From positions 1 to 44,407 of the forward strand of contig NIVC01004488.1 in NCBI GenBank assembly GCA_002269645.1: a DNA stretch of 44,407 bases, read 5' to 3'. The notes under the pieces are model-generated. The model saw nothing but the letters and a program-made list of their open reading frames with translations, ran no database searches and was not told the DNA's origin. This DNA is from Macrostomum lignano (Eukaryota). How positions within the stretch are numbered: position 1 is the first letter of the stretch; the number at the start of each line of letters is the position of its first letter. Positions 13,199 to 44,344 of this stretch are shown here, one piece after another. Both the position numbers and the translations under genes were made by a program.

Positions 13199-13859
13199 TC
13201 TCACCAAAAGTGACGCAAAATGCATCATCTACAGTTGAAACGAGAAACGCAGGCGTAGTACTAATTGCGGCACTCGCGGCTGATACGAGTATCTGAGAAA
13301 GGTTGACCGCTGGTTTTGGCGTGGAAACTAACTTCTTGCCTACTGTACACCTACGGATTTCGAGCATCAATGATAACCGTGCAATTTGGATATCAAGCTC
13401 GAAAATTGGCATAGCAAACTGCTGCATTCGCGACACTAAAGGAACTAAAATTGAAAAGTACTTCCAATCGATTTTCGCTTGCCTTTAATTGGATTGAGCC
13501 AATTAGTTTAATCAATTTTCTCACTCGCATCGCAGGTCGCTCCACGAAAAGAGCCATCTTAGATTTAAGCGGAGTCTTGCTAATTGAGATTGATCAGTTG
13601 CAATCGATTTCACTCAATTTTAAGTGCCTTTGATTTTTATTAGGATGGTAAACTACTAAGGGCTTCCTTATGCCCAGATACCTAAACGCCAGAGCGGTTA
13701 AGTCTTCCTTATTCAGAGTGTGCTTATCCTCACTGTGTATCTGGGCGGTGCCTCTTGGTTGATTCGCCATCTAACATCTTCATTATTTTTCTTGATTGTG
13801 CATCCTTTTTTGAGCTGAGCATCTTCGTGAAATTTTTTACCTAGATGGTGAATCATATC

Positions 13860-14432
13860 TGTGCATCTTGGTTGTGCATCTTGGTTGTGCATCTTCTTCG
13901 AGCATCTTGGTTTTACATCTTCTTTGTGGGTCTTGGTTGTACATCTTCTTTGGGCATCTTGGTTCTACATCTTCTTTGAGCATCTTGGTTGTGCATCTTG
14001 GTTGTGCATCTTGGTTGTGCATCTTGGTTGTGCATCTACTTTGAACATCTTGGTTGTGCATCTTGGCTGTGCATTTTGGTTGTGCATCTTGGTTGTGCAT
14101 TTTGGTTGCGCACCTTGGTTGTGCATCTTGGCTGTATATCTTGGTTGTGCATCATCTTTGAACATCTTGGTTGTGCATCTTGGCTGTGCATTTTGGTTGT
14201 GCATCTTGGTTGTGCATTTTGGTTGCGCACCTTGGTTGTGCATCTTGGCTGTACATCTTGGTTGTGCATCATCTTTGAACATCTTGGTTGTGCATCTTAG
14301 CTGTGCATTTTGGTTGTGCATCTTAGTTGTGCATTTTGGTTGTGCATCTTGGTTGCGCACCTTGGTTGTGCATCTTGACTGTACATCTTGGTTGTGCAAC
14401 TTCTTTGAACATCTTGGCTGTGCATCTTGGTT
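13860..14432. repeat. 13-bp minisatellite (CTTGGTTGTGCAT) with a 117-bp (9-unit) higher-order repeat
   Basis: Period 13. The marker TTGAACATC recurs at 14041, 14158, 14275 and 14405. It explains the MHNQDAQPRCTTK ORFs. Confidence 0.93.
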
Positions 14433-14989
14433 CAAAAAATCACTCAGACACCAGACGCAGAAGTAAATTCCCCCCTAATCTATTTTTCTACTCTAGATTG
14501 CGCAGAAGTCCGCTACAGATCCATAAAAATTTTATTGACTGATCCATACATAGGATGAATCCTAAGCTGTTTCTAATATAAATGCTAATTAGTCTAAACT
14601 GGCCTTCTAAGCCGCGTCTTGTGCTCAGATTCTCATCGACTAGTCTCACCACGGTAGTTATAAAATAGTGAAGCGCCAAGTCTGAAGCTAACGCGTATGC
14701 TTTTATGGTATAAGGCAGTGAGTATCTCGATGGAAGTACCAAAAGCGACCAATTCTGCTGAAGGACTGAATACGCTCTGGTTGAACGTAGCAACGCATCA
14801 AAGTTTACTAAAGTACGAGCGTAGTAGCAGTCCAACATTCGGCAAGCTTGCGTGATCCATGGGAACTCTGCGCCCAGAACTACCCCAGACCGCCGCTTGG
14901 GTCTGATTGACGTCTGTTTGAATTTATCTTTTGGAATATAAATTTAGAATGCCTGCTTGATGTAAAATAAGGAAAAATAAGAAACAATG

Positions 14990-17652
14990 TATAACATAGT
15001 ATGACACATTATGACACAGCATGACACAGTATGACACAGTATGACACAATATGACACAGTATGACACAGTATGACACAGTATGACATAGTATAACACAGT
15101 ATGACACAGTATGACACAGTATGACACAGTATGACACAGTATGACATAGTATAACACAGTATGACACAGTATGACACAGTATGACACAATATGACACAGT
15201 ATGACACAATATGACACAGTATGACACAGTATGACATAGTATAACACAGTATGACACAGTATGACACAGTATGACACAGTATGACATAGTATAACACAGT
15301 ATAACACAGTATGACACAGTATGACACAGTATGACACACTATGACACAGTATGACACAGTATGACACAGTATGACACAGTATGACACAGTATGACACAGT
15401 ATGACACTATATGACACAGTATGACACAGTATGACACAGTATGACACACTATGACACAGTATGACACAGTATGGCACACTATGACACAGTATGACACACT
15501 ATGACACAGTATGACACAGTATGACACTATATGACACAGTATGACACAGTATGACACAGTATGACACACTATGACACTATATGACACAGTATGACACAGT
15601 ATGACACAGTATGACACACTATGACACAGTATGACACAGTATGGCACACTATGACACAGTATGACACACTATGACACAGTATGACACAGTATGACACTAT
15701 ATGACACAGTATGACACAGTATGACACAGTATGTCACAGTATGACACAGTATGACACAGTATGACACAGTATGACACTATATGACACAGTATGACACAGT
15801 ATGACACAGTATGACACTATATGACACTATATGACACAATATGACACAGTATGACACAGTATGACACAGTATGACACAGTATGACACTATATGACACAGT
15901 ATGACACAGTATGACACAGTATGACACTATATGACACTATATGACACAATATGACACAGTATGACACAGTATGACACAGTATGACACAGTATGACACTAT
16001 ATGACACAGTATGACACAGTATGACACAGTATGACACTATATGACACTATATGACACAATATGACACAGTATGACACAGTATGACACAGTATGACACAGT
16101 ATGACACTATATGACACAGTATGACACAGTATGACACAGTATGACACTATATGACACTATATGACACAGTATGACACTATATGACACTATATGACACAAT
16201 ATGACACAGTATGACACAGTATGACACAGTATGACACAGTATGACACTATATGACACAGTATGACACAGTATGACACAGTATGACACTATATGACACTAT
16301 ATGACACAATATGACACAGTATGACACAGTATGACACAGTATGACACAGTATGACACTATATGACACTATATGACACAGTATGACACAGTATGACACAGT
16401 ATGACACTATATGACACTATATGACACAGTATGACACTATATGACACAATATGACACAGTATGACACAGTATGACACAGTATGACACAGTATGACACTAT
16501 ATGACACAGTATGACACAGTATGACACAGTATGACACTATATGACACTATATGACACAGTATGACACTATATGACACTATATGACACAATATGACACAGT
16601 ATGACACAGTATGACACAGTATGACACAGTATGACACTATATGACACAGTATGACACAGTATGACACAGTATGACACTATATGACACTATATGACACAAT
16701 ATGACACAGTATGACACAGTATGACACAGTATGACACAGTATGACACTATATGACACTATATGACACAGTATGACACAGTATGACACTATATGACACTAT
16801 ATGACACAATATGACACAGTATGACACAGTATGACACAGTATGACACAGTATGACACTATATGACACTATATGACACAGTATGACACTATATGACACAAT
16901 ATGACACAGTATGACACAGTATGACACAGTATGACACAATATGACACTATATGACACAGTATGACACAGTATGACACAATATGACACAGTATGACACTAT
17001 ATGACACAATATGACACAATATGACACAATATGACACAGTATGACACAGTATGTCACAGTATGACACAGTATGACACAGTATGACACAGTATGACACAGT
17101 ATGACACTATATGACACAGTATGACACAGTATGACACACTATGACACAGTATGACACAATATGACACAGTATGACACAGTATGTCACAGTATGACACAGT
17201 ATGACACAGTATGACACAGTATGACACTATATGACACAGTATGACACAGTATGACACAGTATGACACAATATGACACAATATGACACAGTATGACACAGT
17301 ATGACACAATATGACACAATATGACACAGTATGACACAGTATGACACAGTATGACACAATATGACACTATATGACACAGTATGACACAGTATGACACAAT
17401 ATGACACAGTATGACACTATATGACACAATATGACACAATATGACACAATATGACACAGTATGACACAGTATGTCACAGTATGTCACAGTATGACACAGT
17501 ATGACACAGTATGACACAGTATGACACTATATGACACAGTATGACACAGTATGACACACTATGACACAGTATGACACTATATGACACAGTATGACACAGT
17601 ATGACACACTATGACACAATATGACACAATATGACACAATATGACACAGTAT
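14990..17652. repeat. 10-bp satellite (ATGACACAGT)n, ~265 copies
   Basis: Units stay in exact 10-bp register from 15001 to 17650. Variants include ATGACACTAT, ATGACACAAT and ATGACACACT. Confidence 0.98.
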
Positions 17653-17772
17653 GGGTCCCCACCCCCAGTAAACTCTCAAGTTATTCACAGCACTACTGAT
17701 GAAGTGAATAAAACCGTGCTCGAATCCTTACGGTCTGTCAATCCCGCTCCCCATTCCCAGCCTGCAGCCCAG

Positions 17773-17811
17773 CCAATAGGAATCGCCCACCATAGCTCAT
17801 AGTCATATAAA
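17773..17811 (+). promoter_or_regulatory. Candidate CCAAT box (17773-17777) and TATA box (TATAAA, 17806-17811) of the EGF-like peptide gene
   Basis: The motifs are ~30 bp apart and ~135 bp upstream of the ATG at 17946, with no intervening ATG. This is a motif match only. Confidence 0.35.
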
Positions 17812-17945
17812 GGCTCATCATCGCAGAGTCCCAAACCGCTCTCCGCCATCCCAACTTGAAGCCAGTCACCATCGTAGAACAACACTCCATTATCAACCAG
17901 GTGCCTGATCTCCTAAGAGCAACAGTTAATTATCGAACACAAATC

Positions 17946-20832
17946 ATGGGGTAAGCGCCTATACTAAATTAATTTGTTTGATTAATCCGTATACATGTAT
18001 AAATCAACGAGATAAAACAGTGGATTAACTCCGTGGGGAGCAGTAGAGTCTCGAAGGAGGTGCAGACATGGAAATCCAATTTTTCTCTCGCTCGAACCTC
18101 ATCAATCATGGCGGACGTGTCTGACTTTGCCGATTAATTTTCGCAAACTGTCAGCCTTGTCGCATCATCTGGCCGCTCGCGGGGGTAGCAGTAGAAATAG
18201 AGTGCGTCAGCTCTGTACAGAAAGGGGCCCGAGCAGAAACAGCGCCAGCAGCGCCAGCATTCCTAGAAATCTAATTTTCCGCATCATACAAGCAAACAAT
18301 AAAACTGCGCATACCAAGCAGCTCGGAGATGCACCGGCCTGATGGCTTTCTATGCAGGGGATGGGGCGACTTATTTCATATTTTATGAGCGTCTGAGCTG
18401 AGGCCACTGCCCTCCCACACATTCGAATTACCCCCTCCCGAGTCGGGCTGGCTGAATTCTGACAGAACCAGCTGTCAGGGAATTCTGTAGCCAAGTTCAA
18501 CTGTTCAATCAGAGAGCACATGCGGAGCTATTGATGTTGAACCACAGATACTAGAATAAGATGGGCCACTCAGCACATTTGCGTGTAAGCTACTTTCAGT
18601 TCAGTAGTAAGTTAAATAGCAGGATTTTAATTTATTTTTAAAGCCAAGGCTCATTTATTGACTCTTACCCCCAGCTTAAACCCTCTAACCGGCGCCTTTC
18701 CACACTACCCCCACCCCGCTCCAATTTTTATTGCCTTTCTTGGAATTCCAGCCTAAAGCTGCCATGTACATTTCAGTGGACTGGCTAATGTACATTATTG
18801 CTGAACTAATTAGCAAGCTGTTTACGCCTGCAAGCTTGGGCTTCTAAACTTATCAAATTCATTTCAACTGCCTTTATTTTTATAAAATAGCTTATGTACT
18901 CTTCTTTGCTACTGAACTGAAAGTAGAAAGCTGTTTTACTAAGTATATGTGCCTGAGTGGCCCATCCAGTTATTTTGGTATCTGGGTGTTGAGCTAGCTA
19001 ATGATTGTAATAGCAGCAGTCGTATTCGTGATGAACCAATGTTGATTTCGAATTTCCCTCATCCCTGACCTTTGTTGTAGCAAACCGAATCTGACAACGG
19101 CGCTCATCGTTTTGGGAGCCTGGGCACTGCTTCTGACTCCGCTGCTGGTTGCTGGAGAGTCGCCGATTGAAGACGAGGTCTTGGGTGAGGCGAGCTCGCG
19201 ATTCTTAGCAGGCTGGGCTGGACTGGCTCAAGTGGGAAATTAAGACCTCAGTACTCTAACAAGAAGGGGTTCGCATCCGGAAGCTGGGAAGCCAATTTGC
19301 GCTAATGAGGAAACTCCTCCTCGACTGCAAGCAGCGCCTTCATTTGCAATGCAGATGGACCGCGTGCGTTTAAGCTTGCTCTGATAGCTCATTTGAAGAA
19401 GATCTTCCTCCTGACTGCGCACACTCGCTGATCAATACTGAGCTTGAAGATTCAGGCAATATGGGGCTGCATGCGCTCAACCTCTACACGTGTGGAGGGG
19501 ACAGGTACAGATAGGAGAAAAAGTTAATTAAGTTGGATTGAAGCCGAGAAAACAATTGTGGCAGAATGTCCATAGACTATTTCGTAACACGAGAGTCTAC
19601 AACACTGTATGACTTGAGAATCCAAGCTGTGAGGCTTCAGGGCTGATTTGTCTATGACCAAGATCTCAGAATAAGATCGTCACTTGTGCAAAAAGAAGCC
19701 GACATGGGGTTGCTTAAATTTTGACTTTACTGCAGAGACTACTGATGAAATTGACTTCAGTAGTTGATTTTCCCGCTGTCGCAATTTGCAAAATTTCTCA
19801 CATTGGGCCGTATGCAGAAAGCCTAGTCCAGACTAGCTAGTCCGGACTTGAGTAGTTCAGTCTATAGTCTATGGTCTAGCTACCCTAGTTCTGTCTGTAG
19901 TAGATCGGTCTAACTTTGTGTTTCTGCATACCAAATCCAAGTCCAGACTAGCTTTTCAAGACCGTACTACCCTAGACAGAGCTTTCTGCATACGGCCCAA
20001 TGGCTTCTAAGACCACATAAGTGGTTAATTAGTGGTCCATTTTGTGTATATATGATCCTTGAGCTCAGCTCTAAAGTATAGGTGGAAGAGATCGTGTCTA
20101 TGCCTTTCACAGGCCTCAGTAAATCCATCCTGAATCATGCCTCGACTGACTGTTGAAGAACGCCTCCAACTGATTGGAATGCAGCGCGTGAAAGTCAAGT
20201 TTGCGGCCATTTACCAACTATACGGGGCACTGTGCGAGATGGAGAAAGGCGGCTGAGTACTCCAGAAGACGTATAGGATCAGCTATTGGTGCAACTGGCT
20301 CTGCAGAATCGAAGGATATCGGCCAGAGTATTGAGGCACATGTGGCGCTCTGCGACAACAGGAAAGAATGAGTAGGAAGACTGTACTTCGAAGACTTCGG
20401 GAAACCGGTGTTCGTGCAAGGCAGCCTTGCAGAAAGATGCCAATGAAGGCGCCAATAAAGAGTGAATTGGAGAATGCAGTAAGGCTAATTCGTACTGACG
20501 GATTGTTGAAAGTCTGGCGCCAGGGCCGCCAGTAACTCGTGTCTGCCTGCATCAACGGGACGCTGCAAGGCGGAGGTGGTTCCCTACCCCTTCATGTAGG
20601 CATTCATTGGAATGGAAAGACGGCTCCTTCATTTCTACCAAGAGTCACGGAGTCAGAGAAAATATTGCCCAGGGACTTTCAGTCATAGACATTTTCTTGA
20701 CTTCACTCCGACTGTGACCACACCGAGAATTAAAATGCAAACTTAAATTTGTTCCCTGTTCCTATCTGTCTATCTATCTATCTATCTATCTATCTATCAA
20801 TCTATCTATCTATCTATCTGTCTATCTATCTG

Positions 20833-20867
<35 letters not shown>

Positions 20868-20868
20868 G

Positions 20869-20910
<42 letters not shown>

Positions 20911-20911
20911 C

Positions 20912-20988
<77 letters not shown>

Positions 20989-21200
20989 CCTACCTACCTG
21001 CCCATGAACTCAAACCCGCAGAGAAGCGCGGTTCTAAGGACGTGATCACCTACTTTCCCTGCTCCTACGGCGGCATCCCGTACCCCGTGACCTGCGGCAG
21101 CGGCACTGGGCCAAGGATCTTCAAGTCGCGCAACAGATTTCTGGTTTGCGTCTGCCTCTGCCCGCCAGGCAAGACCGGCCCGAACTGCGGAAGCTCCTGA
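17946..21200 (+). CDS. Secreted prepro-peptide (95 aa) with an atypical single EGF-like 6-Cys domain. Coding exons 17946-17950, 19081-19184 and 21022-21200
   Basis: ATG GG|gtaagc (phase 2) joins ttgtag|C AAA CCG...TTG G|gtgagg (phase 1), which joins cgcag|AG AAG CGC...TCC TGA. Product: [95 protein letters not shown]. It has a hydrophobic signal, an acidic pro-piece and a dibasic site. [12 protein letters not shown] fits the EGF_1 pattern C-x-C-x2-{V}-x2-G-{C}-x-C. AATAAA lies at 21304-21309. Exon 1 has only 5 coding nt and is the least certain part. Confidence 0.8.
19801..20002. mobile_element. ~200-bp MITE with perfect 22-bp inverted ends, in intron 2 of the EGF-like peptide gene
   Basis: CATTGGGCCGTATGCAGAAAGC (19801-19822) is the exact reverse complement of GCTTTCTGCATACGGCCCAATG (19981-20002). 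The interior is non-coding. Confidence 0.8.
20137..20650 (+). mobile_element. Decayed Tc1/mariner transposase relic
   Basis: Across frameshifts and stops it reads [65 protein letters not shown] and DGLLKVWRQ...[12 protein letters not shown]...GIHWNGKT. These match Tc1 HTH and early DDE-domain motifs. Confidence 0.75.
20762..21000. repeat. (TCTA)n microsatellite, ~60 units, ending just upstream of the exon 3 acceptor
   Basis: Seen directly. Confidence 0.97.
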
Positions 21201-21303
21201 CTGCTACTGACCAGGGAGTAACGCTGACTGCTTACAATATCAAGAAATTGTCCTCTGCGACCTCCAAGTCCCTGGCTTGAAAAGCGACCAGCAAACTGTG
21301 TTT

Positions 21304-21309
21304 AATAAA
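21304..21309 (+). terminator. Candidate polyadenylation signal of the EGF-like peptide gene
   Basis: AATAAA about 100 nt after the TGA at 21198-21200. Confidence 0.5.
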
Positions 21310-21904
21310 TATTTCGAAAGACAAAATTATATCGTTATAAAAGGTACAGCAGCTTCACTCGCTATTCAGCTGAGTTGCAGGATATTTCCATAGCAACGCA
21401 AACGTGAACTGCGTTATAACAGGTAGAGTTGATGGCTTGAATTTCTTGGGATGAAATACGAGAGAAACTCTCAATCGGAGTTGTATGGAATTTTAAGTTC
21501 ACCAAATGACCCACATACGTTCTTTGCTTAACTTAAGAGAGTCAGCTTGCAAAGCTAAAAGTGCACAGTAAGGGTATTTAATTGGTTCATTATATAAGCG
21601 CTGTTGCAGTCGACAGTACACTTCGAAAGAAAGAGAAATGCAGGGTGTCGCAACGCGACAAACGTTGACGGAACTCAACTGTCAGATTGGCTGAAGGCTC
21701 CTGTCAGGTCCGTCTTCCGTCTCATCGTCTCCCGCCGTTTTCTGATCCAATTTTAATGGTAATGCGCGAGTTTAAGCCTTAATTAATAATTAAGGGTGCC
21801 CAATCCCATGCTAAATCTTTCTATGTATCGAGTCGGATGCTACTCGCGAAAGGTTTAGTGCCAATTATTTTTGTTCAAGTATTCACTTGGTACTTCAAAG
21901 TTTA

Positions 21905-23736
21905 GAGGCACAAGAGACGCAGAAGACACAAGAGAAGAGGCACAAGAGACACAAGAGACACAAGAGACACAAGATACGCAAGCGACGCAAGAGACACAAG
22001 AGACACAAGAGACGCAAGAGACACAAGCGACACAAGAGAAGAGGCACAAGAGGCACAAGAGACACAAGAGACACAAGATACGCAAGCGACGCAAGAGACA
22101 CAAGAGACACAAGAGGCACAAAAGGCACGAGACACAAGAGACACAAGAGACACAAGAGACACAAGAGACACAAGAGACACAAGAGACACAAAAGACACAA
22201 GAGGCACAAAAAGCACGAGACGCAAGAGACACAAGCGACGCAAGAGACACAAGCGACGCAAGAGACACAAGCGACGCAAGAGACACAAGAGGTACAAGAG
22301 ACACAAAAGACAGGAGACACAAGAGACACAAGAAACAGAAGAGACGCAAGAGACACAAGGGACGCAAGAGACACAAGAGGCACAAAAGACACGAGACACA
22401 AGAGGCAAAAAAAGACACGAGATGCAAGAGACACAAGCGACGCAAGAGACACAAAAGACACAAGAGACACAAGAGACACAAGAGGCACAAAAGACAGTAG
22501 ACACAAGAGACACAAGAGACGCAAGAGACGCAAGAGACGCAAGAGACGCAAGAGACGCAAGAGACGCAAGAGACGCAAGAGACGCAAGAGACGCAAGAGA
22601 CGCAAGAGATGCAAGAGACGCAAGCGACGCAAAAGATACAAGAGGCACAAGAGGCACAAAAGACAGGAGACACAAGAGACACAAGAAACACAAGAGACGC
22701 AAGAGACACAAGCGACACAAGAGACACAAGAGAAGAGACACAAGAGACACAAGAGACGCAAGAGACACAAGAGACAAAAGAGACACAAGAGACACAAGAG
22801 ACGCAAGAGACGCAAGAGACGCAAGAGACACAAGAGACGCAAGAGATGCAAGAGACGCAAGCGACGCAAAAGATACAAGAGGCACAAGAGGCACAAAAGA
22901 CAGGAGACACAAGAAACACAAGAAACACAAGAGACGCAAGAGACACAAGCGACACAAGAGACACAAGAGAAGAGACACAAGAGACACAAGAGACACAAGC
23001 GACGCAAGAGAAGAGACACAAGAGACACAAGAGACGCAAGAGACGCAAGCGACACAAGAAACACAAGCGACGCAAGAGACACAAGAGGCACAAAAGACAC
23101 GAGACACAAGAGACGCAAGAGACGCAAGAGACGCAAGAGACGCAAGAGACGCAAGAGACCCAAGAGACGCAAGAGACGCAAGCGACGCAAGAGACGCAAG
23201 AGACACAAGAGACAAAAGAGACACAAGAGACACAAGAGACGCAAGAGACGCAAGAGACGCAAGAGACACAAGAGACGCAAGAGATGCAAGAGACGCAAGC
23301 GACGCAAGAGACACAAGAGGCACAAAAGACACGAGACACAAGAGACGCAAGAGACACAAGAGACGCAAGAGACACAAGAGACGCAAGAGACACAAGAGAC
23401 GCAAGAGACACAAGCGACGCAAGAGACACAAGAGGCACAAAAGACACGAGACACAAGAGACGCAAGAGACGCAAGAGACACAAGAGACACAAGAGACGCA
23501 AGAGACGCAAGAGACGCAAGCGACGCAAGAGACACAAGAGACACAAGAGACGCAAGAGACACAAGAGACACAAGAGACGCAAGAGACACAAGAGACACAA
23601 GAGACGCAAGAGACACAAGAGACGCAAGAGACACAAGAGACACAAGAGACGCAAGAGACACAAGAGACACAAGAGACGCAAGAGACACAAGAGACATAAG
23701 AGACATAAGAGACGCAAGAGACACAAGAGACGCAAG
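21905..23736. repeat. 9-bp tandem repeat (AAGAGACAC/AAGAGACGC, ~200 units) with recurring 7-bp variant units and block duplications
   Basis: The unit has no stop codon in any frame, which explains the overlapping 200-675 aa ORFs on both strands. Confidence 0.95.
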
Positions 23737-24990
23737 GTAGCCGCACGTACATTATGCACATATATTTCTTGTGCTTGATCTCGTGTCACTTTGTCAAAAA
23801 AAACAGAGAAAAGCCGAATCTCAACGAAAATTAACATTTTTACGGCAGTCTGGTCTGAGCTGAAAAACACGATATATGTCATTTAAAAAGTTTTTGTAGC
23901 AATTTAATAGGCCAAGAGCTACGTGACGCGATAAAAATCAGGTAAAACAGGTAGCTACTGTAGTTGCTAGCGTATAACAGCCTGAACTACAGGAGAATAC
24001 GGTTGAGAGTGGTCAACAGTGCAAATAATAAATTCATATTTTTGCTAGGAAGACCATATTCGGTGTTAGTAAGCTTTTGACTTGGCCTGTCTCCTATTAA
24101 AGTTCTTAGGCAATATTTAAACGTGCGAATAAAAGGCAAATCATCAAGGTCTCCTGAGTCATTGCGAATACTAATGTTGTAAACAGGATAAATTATCGCG
24201 GAATGCGACCAATTATATTATTATAAATATCGTCGTTGTAAATACGAGTAAATAGACAAAAAACGTAAATGTCGTAAATTAAACTGACAAGTACCTGAAC
24301 CTACTATCCATACTTGTCTACTAATAGTAGAATAAATAAGCGGGAGTAATACCAAAATGAGCAATATCAAAAGAAGTCAAATTCAACAAGAAATCAATAT
24401 CACTATCTGAAGGAATAACAGTCAGTTATTAAAATTTATGCTTGTAGAGAATAAGATAAAATTATAATTAGACAATAAACTCGAAGCAAAGTATAGGCTG
24501 CGGGGAAGGAGGCGACACATCGGCACAGGACCACAGAACTGCTTGGCCGACAGACCAGCTGATAGCGGGGAGGAGGAAGGGGCAACGTTTTTTTCCGGGT
24601 TTTGAGTAATTTAAACAGTGAATTAACACAGAAAATCAGTGCTCGGACGGCGTCCCTTTTCGACAGAAGGATGACACTTCATATGCCAAATGATTTTCTC
24701 TTTCAGTTCTTAAGAACTTACCAGAACAAAACCTTTCCCACACTCGGGTTCTCTATTCTGAGTCAGATAGTTTAGTTTGCAAGAGGCCCTGACTTTTTTA
24801 TCATTAAACGGCAGACCAATTTAGCTCTCTATTGCAAGTGTCAGTCAATCTGAACAGCCGGGATACCGTGGCAACAAGTAATTCTTACACTCAAATTTAT
24901 AGTGTGTAAAATCGAAACAATTTACTTAGACTAGACACGGTCGACACTTCGAGGAAAGGAAAGAGCGGGCGCGGTTCTTCAGCTGCTTGC

Positions 24991-44344
<19,354 letters not shown>

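Noticed and set aside
14488-14838. 116-aa - strand ORF between two satellites
   Set aside because: It starts at a non-ATG codon and has no recognisable domain or splice partners.
13837-17517. Cys-rich ORFs (MHNQDAQPRCTTK..., YCVILCHTVS...)
   Set aside because: They arise from 13-bp and 10-bp repeats read through rotating frames, with no splice or codon evidence.
17685-17913. - strand Trp/Gly-rich ORF with an acceptor-like site at ~17914
   Set aside because: No recognisable family or partner exons. It overlaps the putative promoter and 5' UTR of the + strand peptide gene.
18207-18290. Signal-peptide-like [26 protein letters not shown] on the - strand
   Set aside because: A stop follows immediately, no usable donor was found, and it lies antisense within intron 1 of the peptide gene.
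19081-19170. Start codon supplied by a flatworm spliced leader ending in AUG at the exon 2 acceptor
   Set aside because: That join would read frame CAA-ACC..., which stops at GAT-TGA. The signal-peptide frame needs a phase-2 donor, which ATG GG|gtaagc at 17946 provides.
21855-23882. - strand 609-675 aa ORFs (CVS/LVS/LLC repeats) as membrane or Cys-rich proteins
   Set aside because: The 9-bp unit is stop-free in all six frames, so long ORFs are expected by construction.
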